From positions 1-59,912 of the IMG/VR virus record IMGVR_UViG_3300025770_001265: a stretch of DNA of 59,912 nt; one strand, given 5' to 3'. Each line of letters starts with the position of its first letter. Position 1 is the first letter of the stretch. Source of the DNA: a virus. Its lineage: Duplodnaviria > Caudoviricetes. The notes under the pieces are model-generated. The model made no database searches, was not told the origin of the DNA, and saw only the letters and a program-made list of their open reading frames with translations. A program made the translations under genes and the position numbers. Shown piece by piece: positions 40,607 through 49,777 of the stretch.

Positions 40607-41036
40607 CACAAAGAAAGAACTAATTGAGCTTTTAGGTGAAATGTCAAAAAACCCTAAAATTTTAAATTTACCACCGCCTCCACCAATTATGGATGCGGAT
40701 AGTTCTCTTTGGTATCATAAAAAACAAGTTAAATGTGCCTGCGGTCAAAAAACACTATCCATGGATGAGTGTCGCATCGTTAAAACCGGGTATATATCGG
40801 CCCTAGATACTGTGTGTAGCGAGTGCTTTAAAGATGTTAAGGATACTTGTCCTATTGTATGTATACCGTGTAAGAAAGTAACTGCTAGATTGGAGCCAAA
40901 TAAGGATAAAGATGGATTTGAATATGAACGAGGTAAAGCCTACCACATAGATGCATGTCCTACTTGTGATCCAAATATTAACTCCTCAATGGTAGTTGAA
41001 AAGATAATCTACAACAAAGAAAGAAAAAAATTATGA
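40593..41036 (+). CDS. Cys-rich putative zinc-binding protein
   Basis: CACG, CSEC, CIPC and CPTC motifs. Confidence 0.7.
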   Translation: MMNPDTKKELIELLGEMSKNPKILNLPPPPPIMDADSSLWYHKKQVKCACGQKTLSMDECRIVKTGYISALDTVCSECFKDVKDTCPIVCIPCKKVTARLEPNKDKDGFEYERGKAYHIDACPTCDPNINSSMVVEKIIYNKERKKL

Positions 41037-41221
41037 CTATAAGTACAATACTGTGTGTGCTTTTTGGGTTCTTCTTAGGACTTTTACTATGCAAGCATAA
41101 TATTACTGATTTCGATAAAGCCAAAACTCCTTTTAAAAATTTATTTAAATGGATTACTGGTTTATTTACCAACAAGGAAAAATCAAATGCCGAAACAAAA
41201 GAAAACAACGAAAAAAGATAA
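41033..41221 (+). CDS. Small membrane protein
   Basis: N-terminal hydrophobic helix ILCVLFGFFLGLLLC; ATGA overlap. Confidence 0.55.
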   Translation: MTISTILCVLFGFFLGLLLCKHNITDFDKAKTPFKNLFKWITGLFTNKEKSNAETKENNEKR

Positions 41222-41771
41222 AAATTTAGCTGTAATTGACAGACCGCAGTTATCAAAGGCAGAAGCTCAGTCTATAAGACTGCCAAATGCTGAGGAGGTT
41301 TCAAAGGATAAGTATGTGTTTAGTATGGGTTACGTAGCACCTAGTGGCGAGCTAAAGATCAAAAAATGCACTCAAAAAGTTTGGAAAGAAATAAATTCTG
41401 AGGAGTTGTTCAAAAAATTTAGATATAATTTTGATATCTTCACCGATGAAAATGATGTAGTACAGCATATTAATGCCAGGGCTAAAGCAGAATTTCTACC
41501 ACCTGGTTTCGACATAACAGATATAAAATCTGAATTGGAGGATAAAGAAGTTAAGCATCTTGAGATTGTAAAAGACGCTACTGATACACTACGCGTGATG
41601 AGATCTCCATCCTCATGCTCTAGGCCGACTGAAGACGAGATATTAACTGGCGTACAGGATTTAGAGAGTATCTCAAGTGGGGATTATATTAATGGTAAAT
41701 ATAGGGTAGAGGAAATCCGGGAAAAGAGTGGTGCAACAACCTATTATATAGATTCTACCTTTCAGGAATAG
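41187..41771 (+). CDS. Hypothetical protein
   Basis: 194-aa ORF. Confidence 0.65.
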   Translation: MPKQKKTTKKDKNLAVIDRPQLSKAEAQSIRLPNAEEVSKDKYVFSMGYVAPSGELKIKKCTQKVWKEINSEELFKKFRYNFDIFTDENDVVQHINARAKAEFLPPGFDITDIKSELEDKEVKHLEIVKDATDTLRVMRSPSSCSRPTEDEILTGVQDLESISSGDYINGKYRVEEIREKSGATTYYIDSTFQE

Positions 41772-41794
41772 TTAGTGTCTTTGTGTTATATATA
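41764..41794 (+). promoter_or_regulatory. Putative phage promoter, copy 2
   Basis: AGGAAT-17nt-TATATA, preceded by GTGT. Confidence 0.55.
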
Positions 41795-41838
41795 TTTAGA
41801 CACCGTAATTTATACGTAAAAAAAATACATGAATATAA

Positions 41839-42639
41839 ATGACTATAAAACAAAAAAATATAAAATTAATTAAAAGAGCAGCAAGCGTAGTAGATGGAAA
41901 AGGTAATCACATAACAGAGCCGTATATTATAACGGAAAAATCATGTGCACAATTAGTAACTATTAATATTGAATTAGATTATATTTCGGGTGAGGAGCAG
42001 GGAGTTCCACCAAAGTTTCAGCTATATTTAGAGGGATTAGAAAACAGCCCATTAAATTTAGAGCAACCCGTAACCACGATGGCGTATAAAGAATTGGAGA
42101 GTACCATTGCCAATCATTCTGGACATTATTTAGATCCAAGACGGTCTTATATTAGTACATCTTTGATACGGCCATATGGGGTGGGCATACATCCTGGAGA
42201 CGTAATAAAGCGTTCAATAAGACTGGCTGAGGTAAAAAATTTATTTCTCATGCAATTCCCTGAAATGCTTAGAGAACCTAAATTTCATAATAAAATAACG
42301 GAAAACTCAAATCAGCCAGTGACGTTTACCAGAAAGAAAAGGTTTGAAAGGGCATTTTCTGAGGAGTTTGAGTTGCCTATATTTGTAGAGTCAAGTCTCT
42401 GTGATATAGTGGCACGCAAGAATGGCGCAGAGTTACCTCCAATAGTGGAGTATTCTAGTTTCTTAAAATCAGCTTTTCCTCATAGAAAAATTAAGGTAAA
42501 AAATGAAGGTCGTAGACTTAACAAAAACGACGAGCTGGAGTATGTAATAAATGATATCCCAGCTCAAGGTACCGATCATTTTCATGTGATAGAGCGTGAG
42601 TATGCTACTGCCTTAGGTCGTGATGTTAGTCTAGTATAA
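41839..42639 (+). CDS. Hypothetical protein
   Basis: 266-aa ORF flanked by the promoter motif and a terminator. Confidence 0.7.
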   Translation: MTIKQKNIKLIKRAASVVDGKGNHITEPYIITEKSCAQLVTINIELDYISGEEQGVPPKFQLYLEGLENSPLNLEQPVTTMAYKELESTIANHSGHYLDPRRSYISTSLIRPYGVGIHPGDVIKRSIRLAEVKNLFLMQFPEMLREPKFHNKITENSNQPVTFTRKKRFERAFSEEFELPIFVESSLCDIVARKNGAELPPIVEYSSFLKSAFPHRKIKVKNEGRRLNKNDELEYVINDIPAQGTDHFHVIEREYATALGRDVSLV

Positions 42640-42650
42640 GTTAAGTATAT

Positions 42651-42679
42651 AAAAAATGGGTCATATGATCCATTTTTTT
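42651..42679 (+). terminator. Intrinsic terminator
   Basis: AAAAAATGGGTC-ATAT-GATCCATTTTTTT. Confidence 0.7.
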
Positions 42680-42695
42680 AACTATCTGTAAAATT

Positions 42696-43040
42696 ATGAA
42701 ATTAAAAACAAATGATGCCGATGTAGAATATCAGAAATGTGATCTAACTCCAATGGTCACAATGGTAGCAGTTGACGAGTTTGGAGGTATTAAGCTTCTC
42801 GAGCATGTGGGGGAGGACAACTTAGCGCGTTTTTTGAGTCTTGCCTCTCAGCTAGAAGATAATCCAATAGTCTCTGATTGCTTCCTGTTGGATTGTATAG
42901 GACAGGAGATATATACGTTGGATTCTTATGATTATCTTAAGAGTATTTCTGGATTCTTTCTAAGTAGTGGTCACGTTTCAGATCTAATTAATGCCTGCGC
43001 TAAGGACGGATTGAAATTTACATTCATAGTTTCCTATTGA
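42696..43040 (+). CDS. Hypothetical protein
   Basis: 114-aa ORF. Confidence 0.6.
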   Translation: MKLKTNDADVEYQKCDLTPMVTMVAVDEFGGIKLLEHVGEDNLARFLSLASQLEDNPIVSDCFLLDCIGQEIYTLDSYDYLKSISGFFLSSGHVSDLINACAKDGLKFTFIVSY

Positions 43041-43093
43041 CAGGAGCTCTACTACATGAATAATCGAAGACAACAATTAACCTTAATATAGTT

Positions 43094-43324
43094 ATGTCCG
43101 ATCAAATTACCAAAGAACAAGAAGTAGAGATTCAACAGCGTTATAAGAAAGCTCACTACAAGGGCTGGCTTAACCAACAAATAGTTGGCGGAGGTAAAAC
43201 TTTTGAAGAAGCTCAAGAAAGTTTTAACAAAAACGATGTTATTGCTGGTAAGTATCTAGAAAAGCTCTCTAGTATTCACAATACTATTTTGGAGCAAGCT
43301 AAAGAATTATCTAAATCTAAGTAA
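43094..43324 (+). CDS. Hypothetical protein
   Basis: 76-aa ORF; TTGACA upstream at 43037 and hairpins downstream. Confidence 0.6.
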   Translation: MSDQITKEQEVEIQQRYKKAHYKGWLNQQIVGGGKTFEEAQESFNKNDVIAGKYLEKLSSIHNTILEQAKELSKSK

Positions 43325-43378
43325 GAGATTACTTAGATTGCTCGACAAACGCGGGGAACGCTACCTCCCTGCGTTTGT
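43314..43378 (+). terminator. Two tandem hairpins at the gene end
   Basis: AATCTAAGTAA-GAGA-TTACTTAGATT, then ACAAACGCGGGGA-N8-TCCCTGCGTTTGT. Confidence 0.55.
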
Positions 43379-43456
43379 TATGCCCAAATTTCGGTCATGA
43401 TATTTTTTGATATATAAGCTTGACCAAGCCCTCAAAATAAGTCTTTCTGGTGACTT

Positions 43457-44101
43457 ATGGAGGCTGAAAATTTAGAGGCCGAAAAATTTAGAGAAAAGGT
43501 TATTAGCCTTTTAAGTGCATGCTATGCTTCCAGCAAGTTTGTAACTAAACAAGAATTTGCACAAGATTTGGGGACAAACTATCTACAATTATATCGCTGG
43601 ATGGAGGGTAAGACAATACCTCGTAAAGAATCTTTAAAGAAAATTTGTGATGTATGTCATGTTGATTTTTTAACATTTATGTCTCTCGAATCCGGAGGAG
43701 AATTTCCCCATAAAATTTTAAATTTAGCTAATTTAACGAAAGCTTATATTAAAGCTGATGTGAGTGGGGATTGCGCAGACGGTGAGTTAATAATAGCTCT
43801 AGCTTCAACAATTGTATATACACAACTTTTATATTTAGGTGCTAATCTAACTATAGAGACTGAGTGCATGTCTACCCCACAGCGAGCTGTGACGGCATTA
43901 CCTACCACACGTGGCAGTATAAGTTTTCTTGATCCTCAATTATTTGACTTACATATAGTTATATACGGCAGTACTAGCGGGTTAAACATTAAATGTTATT
44001 CCGACGTAAGTTCTTCTGATATATATGTAGCTTCTTTGACAACAGAGGATGTAAGTAGATTAGGTTTATTGATTAAAGATAATTACTTAAAAAATAAATG
44101 A
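43457..44101 (+). CDS. XRE-family HTH protein
   Basis: TKQEFAQDLGTNYLQLYRWMEGKTIPRKESLKKICD. Confidence 0.75.
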   Translation: MEAENLEAEKFREKVISLLSACYASSKFVTKQEFAQDLGTNYLQLYRWMEGKTIPRKESLKKICDVCHVDFLTFMSLESGGEFPHKILNLANLTKAYIKADVSGDCADGELIIALASTIVYTQLLYLGANLTIETECMSTPQRAVTALPTTRGSISFLDPQLFDLHIVIYGSTSGLNIKCYSDVSSSDIYVASLTTEDVSRLGLLIKDNYLKNK

Positions 44102-44544
44102 CTATAGATAAAAAAACACCCACCAAAGTTTTAGATCACTTTAGAAAAATGCAGAATTTAATGGAACAAGATGTAGATGACGCTGAAGTAGATTTATCTC
44201 CAGTGCAGGAGGACGACATCGACATTAATGCGTTAAAGCCATCTTATGTTAATCCCGAACCTCCTGAGTCTAAGCGTCTGTACAGATTGACTATGGAGCA
44301 TAATTTGTATAAGGTTTCTTTCATGGTGCATGACATTTCAGTAGCTGATTATCAATTAGCAGTTAGAGTACCTAAAGGAGATTTTAGATTTGAACCACAG
44401 CCTAATTCTAGATTCTCAATCGATTGTATGGGAAAAAATTATTCTGTAGTATATCTGGGCGGATTATTTGATTTCCCAAGCGATGATTCTTGGAGCCTAA
44501 CATTCATGATGGACAATGACGATACCTGGACACAATCCTCCTGA
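44098..44544 (+). CDS. Hypothetical protein
   Basis: 148-aa ORF with ATGA overlap. Confidence 0.65.
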   Translation: MTIDKKTPTKVLDHFRKMQNLMEQDVDDAEVDLSPVQEDDIDINALKPSYVNPEPPESKRLYRLTMEHNLYKVSFMVHDISVADYQLAVRVPKGDFRFEPQPNSRFSIDCMGKNYSVVYLGGLFDFPSDDSWSLTFMMDNDDTWTQSS

Positions 44545-45013
44545 GACTGTTTATTCTTCTAAGGGGAAAAGAGTCCTCTTCATTTGCACCGGTAATTTTT
44601 TTAGGAGTAGATATGCTGAGGCTCATTTCAATTGCATGTGCGATTGGAATAAATGCTCACACTATGCTGTAAGTGCGGGTGTTACCATAGATCCTCAAAT
44701 AGGCCCTATTTCCACCTACTCATTATATCGTATGGTAGAGCGAGGTATAGACGCCAAATTCGCCTCTCCTTACGCTAAGCGTCTTTACAAAGGAGACATA
44801 GAGGAAGCGGATATTGCACTTTGCATGTACGAGAAAGAACATAAACCTATGATGAAATTGTTCTTCGAGGATATAGAGAATAAGATTGTTTATTTCAACA
44901 TACCTGATATAAATGAGAATTCACCAAACAAATCTTTAGATATGGTTGAAACTGAAGTAAATAATCTATTTAATACAATACATGATAAAAAATGGTCAGG
45001 TCGAGATAGGTAA
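44516..45013 (+). CDS. Low-molecular-weight protein tyrosine phosphatase / ArsC-fold protein
   Basis: P-loop VLFICTGNFFRSRYAE, SAG, ADIALCM and IPD. Confidence 0.85.
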   Translation: MTIPGHNPPETVYSSKGKRVLFICTGNFFRSRYAEAHFNCMCDWNKCSHYAVSAGVTIDPQIGPISTYSLYRMVERGIDAKFASPYAKRLYKGDIEEADIALCMYEKEHKPMMKLFFEDIENKIVYFNIPDINENSPNKSLDMVETEVNNLFNTIHDKKWSGRDR

Positions 45014-45179
45014 AACTCCTTCGGAAGTTTCTGGTAAGCAAAGTTTTAAGATTGAGAAAGGTGTAGCTCTCTCCTACAATGAGAAGCATGAAGATCTTAT
45101 TGAGAAGATAGCTTGCTCCATGAAGTGTAAGTGTCTAGATCGTGCAATAGCAAAAAGGGAGAAGAAGGAAGATGCATAG
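44982..45179 (+). CDS. Small hypothetical protein
   Basis: 65-aa ORF bridging the phosphatase and portal genes. Confidence 0.5.
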   Translation: MIKNGQVEIGKTPSEVSGKQSFKIEKGVALSYNEKHEDLIEKIACSMKCKCLDRAIAKREKKEDA

Positions 45180-46959
45180 CGCAGATCTAGACCATATGTT
45201 TGGATCATCATCCGCCAAATTCGATGATCCATTTATGCTACCCTCGAGTCAGCATATGCCGGAGGACTTGGCTTCATCTTTAGATTTTTGTTTATTTTTA
45301 TACTATTTAAACCCACAATATAGAAGAGCTTCTTCTCGTGTAATACGGCACTTCATTACAGATTTTGAATATCCAGGAGATGGCGCAGGTAATGAGAAAG
45401 ATAAATTAGATGACTATCTTACTTACCAATTACGGTTACCTCAAGCTATGGCGGAGATGGGTGACGAGTGGGCTTGCTATGGTAATGCCTTCTATAGAAT
45501 ACATTTTCCTTTTGATAGATATTTAATAGATAAACGTCATAATGCAGAGTATTCATTGACCATGTTTGGGTCTGATCTTAAATTTGATTTAAAGAAGCTT
45601 CACTATGATGTTCCGGATCCTAAGAATCCTAAAAAAAGAGTAAAACTACCATTCAGAGATAGGATGTCTTTGGATAGAGATAAAATTAAACTTCGTAAGA
45701 TAAATCCAAGATCTATTGTAATTCGACACAATATGATATCAGGTACCAACGAATATATTTACAGATTTGAGAAGGAATTACTATCCGATGTCAAATCTAG
45801 TAAACTTCACATAGTTAATGAAATTCCCATGGATATGCTCGACGCTATGCGTGACGAGAAAGATTTTCTTTTTTATGAGGATGAGATTTTTCATTTCAAA
45901 TCACCAACCATATCAGGAATAAGTAATCAAGGTTGGGGCCTACCTGAGACTATAGCTAATTATAGATCTCTACATCAACTTCAGGTCTATCGAAAAATAG
46001 ATGAATGTGTGGGTTTAGATTATATGGTACCATTTAGGCTTTTCCATCCTGAGGTTAAAGACACTGAAAGTTCTGTTGTTAAGAATCTTATTTTATCTCA
46101 GTGGCGTACCCAGATAGAGACAATTATTAAGAATAGAAGGAAAGATAAGTTTGCTATTCATGCTTTACCCTTTCCAGTTAAATATGAGGAATTTGGAGCA
46201 CAAGGTAAGGAATTAGCGCCAAAGGATCTGGTAGAGTATCAGACAAATGCCATGTTGGACGGTATGGGTTATCCGGCTGAGTTATTCAAAGGTTCTCTTA
46301 CCATACAACAAGTACCTACATCTGTTCGTTTATTTGAGAATAGCTTTATGTTTATTCACCTTGGCTTTACTCAATTTGCTCAGTGGATTTCCTCTAAAAT
46401 ATCGCGTTACTTGGGCGAGGAGTTTATTTCCGTTAGTTTGTCTAAACCTAGTCTTGCTGACAACATTGACCGCCAGAATATCATCATGCAGCTTTCCTCT
46501 GCTGGTGAAATTTCCCGCAAAAAGGCTTACAGCTTCTTGGGTATCGATGATCCTGTTGAGGAGAAGAGAGACCGCCTCGAAGAAGATATGGAGATTCAAA
46601 AAATCCAGCAACTCAAGGGAGAGGAATTACAAAGAGAAATGGAAGCTGGCTCTATTGACCAACAATTGGATGCTCAGGCTCAGGCACAGCAAGAAGGGCA
46701 AGCAGGTGGATCTCCTCCAGGTGGTATGCCACAAGGCGGCGGCGGTGGAACTTCCCCACTAGACGTACAGGATCAAGCAAGGCAGACTGCGGAACAATTA
46801 CTAGCTATGCCTGAAGGACCTAGGCGCAAAGAACTTATGGCACTCAAAGCATCCAATCCAAATATGCATGCAGCCGTTAAACAATTTATGGAAGAAATGA
46901 GATCTCAGGCTGGCTCTGAGGGCGTACAAAATATGTATCAATCTATGCAAGGTGGATGA
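45172..46959 (+). CDS. Putative portal protein
   Basis: 595 aa; DEWACYGNAF, INPRSI, EIFHFK...GWGLP, GMGYPAELF and a Gln/Gly-rich tail follow the pattern of phage portals. Confidence 0.7.
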   Translation: MHSADLDHMFGSSSAKFDDPFMLPSSQHMPEDLASSLDFCLFLYYLNPQYRRASSRVIRHFITDFEYPGDGAGNEKDKLDDYLTYQLRLPQAMAEMGDEWACYGNAFYRIHFPFDRYLIDKRHNAEYSLTMFGSDLKFDLKKLHYDVPDPKNPKKRVKLPFRDRMSLDRDKIKLRKINPRSIVIRHNMISGTNEYIYRFEKELLSDVKSSKLHIVNEIPMDMLDAMRDEKDFLFYEDEIFHFKSPTISGISNQGWGLPETIANYRSLHQLQVYRKIDECVGLDYMVPFRLFHPEVKDTESSVVKNLILSQWRTQIETIIKNRRKDKFAIHALPFPVKYEEFGAQGKELAPKDLVEYQTNAMLDGMGYPAELFKGSLTIQQVPTSVRLFENSFMFIHLGFTQFAQWISSKISRYLGEEFISVSLSKPSLADNIDRQNIIMQLSSAGEISRKKAYSFLGIDDPVEEKRDRLEEDMEIQKIQQLKGEELQREMEAGSIDQQLDAQAQAQQEGQAGGSPPGGMPQGGGGGTSPLDVQDQARQTAEQLLAMPEGPRRKELMALKASNPNMHAAVKQFMEEMRSQAGSEGVQNMYQSMQGG

Positions 46960-47453
46960 CAATGAATAACATAGAAAAAAATAATATAGTAGAGAGTATA
47001 ATGGAAAAGCAGGCTATGGGTTTGGTTGGGGGTGTTGCACGAGGGCTTAATATGGCCGCACGCAAGCTGCCCGGAAGAATAATGCGCAACCCTAAAAAGA
47101 GTCTTGCTGCTGGGGCTACTGCTGCGGGCGGCGGGTTGCTTGCGGCGTTGCCGCCAGGGAGCTTGGTCGAAAGTCCGGATTTGGGGAGGAGGCAACAAGG
47201 AACAAGCCTGGAAGGACAATTAAGGAGGTGGAGAGAAGACCTACAGCCGGACTATGATCCGGACACTATGGGTCTTTTCGAGTCTGTAGGAGGAGAAGGT
47301 ACCTATCAACATAGCCCCACAACATTTGGTCGAGGTAATGACTCTCCCATTAGAAACCCCTATACTGATCCCACAGACGAAACCGGGTCCTACAAAAATT
47401 GGGATCGATCTAGGCTGATTGAGCGATCAGATGGATACTCACCGTCAAATTAA
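46956..47453 (+). CDS. K-x-A leader protein (putative internal virion protein)
   Basis: IMEKQA followed by a Gly/Ala-rich hydrophobic segment. Confidence 0.65.
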   Translation: MTMNNIEKNNIVESIMEKQAMGLVGGVARGLNMAARKLPGRIMRNPKKSLAAGATAAGGGLLAALPPGSLVESPDLGRRQQGTSLEGQLRRWREDLQPDYDPDTMGLFESVGGEGTYQHSPTTFGRGNDSPIRNPYTDPTDETGSYKNWDRSRLIERSDGYSPSN

Positions 47454-47470
47454 GTGGAGGGCAATAAATT

Positions 47471-47788
47471 ATGAAAATAAACAAATTTAAAGAAATCGTT
47501 AAAAAAGCTAGTGTGCAATGTGATGTTGTGCAAGATAAGGAAGAAAAATCTTCTCCGGCTTCTAATTATGATCATAAAGATCTTTTTAGGAATCCAGTCA
47601 AAAAAGCCAACAATGACTCCGGTAAAGAGGTGAAGTCCAAAGAGGATCCAGACAATAGTCCTAAAGGACTTCCTGAACGTCCTACTAATACCGACGCAGA
47701 AGGGGATACCTCAGACACAGGCAAGATAGAAGTACCGGACCAATCAGAGGATGCTGTAACTGGTAATGGTGACGGCGCAGAGTACTAA
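47471..47788 (+). CDS. Hypothetical acidic protein
   Basis: 105 aa; VKKA occurs twice. Confidence 0.6.
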   Translation: MKINKFKEIVKKASVQCDVVQDKEEKSSPASNYDHKDLFRNPVKKANNDSGKEVKSKEDPDNSPKGLPERPTNTDAEGDTSDTGKIEVPDQSEDAVTGNGDGAEY

Positions 47789-47790
47789 TA

Positions 47791-48801
47791 ATGTCTGAGA
47801 AGTCTGCAAATTTACCAGCTTTATCCCTCTTGCTTGCAGGAGGAGGAATGGCTTATGGCGGCGCTAAATATTTAGACCACAAACAAAGAACAACGGAAGG
47901 TGGGTCTAAATATGTAGCACCTAGGAAGACTGAAAGTTTAATTCCAGATCCAAATGATCCAAATGATTCTTCCTTTATTGCTAATGCCCAGGCAATGATA
48001 GATAAGTCTCCTGCTGGAACACAGGAAGCGAGTGCTAGTCATCATCTTGGACGGGGTGTAAGAAAATATCTCCTAAACCCGGCAGTAAGACCCGGTATGG
48101 ATACATTACGTCAAGGCGGGCCTTTAAGTGGTGCTGCCCTTGGAGGTTTAGCAGGACTACCCATAGGGGCTTTATTAGGCCTATGGAGAGGAGGCTTATC
48201 AGGAATCCTACCTGGCGCCTTAAAGGGAGGTCTTGCCGGAAGTTTAGGCTTAGGCTTGCTAACCGCCTTAGGACATAGAGGCAGTGGTAAAACTTGGGGT
48301 TTTGATAAAAAGTTTAAAAATCCTTTAACTAATTATAGTGATTATTTTAAAGATCCAGAATCCTATTTAATGGGACCTGACCCCTCTAAAATTATACGTA
48401 GACGTTATACTAAGAACAATGAAAAGGATCTTCATCCTCTGCTCCAGACTCCTATGTATACGCCAGGCCAGCATGAGAAACCTTGGTGGGATTTTCTTTC
48501 ATCTGAAAAAAATGCTTCTTTTATTAAAAATGCTAGCCCATGGGGGTCCGGAGCTGGATCTACGGCCATGCCTTTAACTAGTATTTATTCCTCTCCGATA
48601 AGTTTTACGCAAAAAGCAGGTTTAGCTGCTGAAATGGATAATCTCTCACCTCCGCAAAGATCAACTTTAATGCGACTACTACAAGGTGCTACAGGCGCTG
48701 CAGCTACTTATATTATAGCAAAATACTTGCTTGGCCTTGGGAAAAAGACTACACTTATGTCTGTGATTTTAGGAGGCTTAGGATCATATAACTATAGATA
48801 A
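47791..48801 (+). CDS. Glycine-zipper-rich K-x-A protein
   Basis: MSEKSA leader, GAALGGLAGLPIGALLG segments, EKNASFIKNA junction. Confidence 0.7.
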   Translation: MSEKSANLPALSLLLAGGGMAYGGAKYLDHKQRTTEGGSKYVAPRKTESLIPDPNDPNDSSFIANAQAMIDKSPAGTQEASASHHLGRGVRKYLLNPAVRPGMDTLRQGGPLSGAALGGLAGLPIGALLGLWRGGLSGILPGALKGGLAGSLGLGLLTALGHRGSGKTWGFDKKFKNPLTNYSDYFKDPESYLMGPDPSKIIRRRYTKNNEKDLHPLLQTPMYTPGQHEKPWWDFLSSEKNASFIKNASPWGSGAGSTAMPLTSIYSSPISFTQKAGLAAEMDNLSPPQRSTLMRLLQGATGAAATYIIAKYLLGLGKKTTLMSVILGGLGSYNYR

Positions 48802-48804
48802 AAT

Positions 48805-49359
48805 ATGAATGCAAAAGAATTAGGAATATTTAGTGGGTGCTTAGATCTTGGAGTAGATTATTCGGAGTTCAATAAATATGCGGGGTTTGTATCTGCTATT
48901 GAATCAAGTTCCGAATCTAAAAAACATGCTGCTATAGTAACAAACTCATATTTAAAAATATTGAATAATTTAGGACTTCAAAATGAATCTGTATATCCAA
49001 TTATCAAAGCTGCAGTTTATAAAGCTAAACACGATGCTTGGGATAGTAGATGCGACGCTGTAGCAGATGGTATTTATGATACTATAGGTAGATTTTCAAA
49101 TTTCTCAAAAATCGCAGGTCTTGCCGATGCAGCAGGTTTGGGAATCAAAGGCGTCATGGCAACAAGCGCATTAGCTGGCATGGGTGCTGGTGCACTCTAC
49201 TGGACGTTAAAAAGAGATTCTCAAGAGGAGTCTGTGCCCAATGAAAAATTACGAGCACAAATTGATTATTATAGAAATTTATCTAAAGATGTAGAAGGCT
49301 CCATTGAACGTAGAATGAAATCTACTGCAGCCCAAAATAAAGATGTAGATGTCGGATAG
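48805..49359 (+). CDS. K-x-A protein with hydrophobic segment
   Basis: FSKIAG followed by ALAGMGAGALYW. Confidence 0.7.
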   Translation: MNAKELGIFSGCLDLGVDYSEFNKYAGFVSAIESSSESKKHAAIVTNSYLKILNNLGLQNESVYPIIKAAVYKAKHDAWDSRCDAVADGIYDTIGRFSNFSKIAGLADAAGLGIKGVMATSALAGMGAGALYWTLKRDSQEESVPNEKLRAQIDYYRNLSKDVEGSIERRMKSTAAQNKDVDVG

Positions 49360-49777
49360 CGTACTAAGAGATGGTTATAATTTAGGTAGAGGAGTGTCTA
49401 GATCTGCCGAACATGAAACTGGAATGCCTAGTTTTATAGGACTGCAAACATCAAGTGATGCTGTCTCAGGCGTGAAAGAACTTGATGAGATTTTTGACAA
49501 CACACAGGAATCTAAGTATACATGGGTTGAGGAATGCCCAGTATCCGGCTCATTTCAGATACAGGAAATGTGGAAACGTGGCGAAACAGAAACTTTTATT
49601 CTTAGTTTTGATCGAGAAAATGATTTAACTACTTATTCTGAAATTCTTAATAAATCTGCGCAGGAGGATCCTTCCCTTCTTATACTTGACGAGCAAAAGC
49701 AGTTCTGCCAGGATATGGAGAATTGGAAAGTACTTATAATTACGACCAAAATTTTGTACAAAAAAATAATAAAGTGA
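49349..49777 (+). CDS. Hypothetical protein
   Basis: 142-aa ORF. Confidence 0.65.
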   Translation: MSDSVLRDGYNLGRGVSRSAEHETGMPSFIGLQTSSDAVSGVKELDEIFDNTQESKYTWVEECPVSGSFQIQEMWKRGETETFILSFDRENDLTTYSEILNKSAQEDPSLLILDEQKQFCQDMENWKVLIITTKILYKKIIK

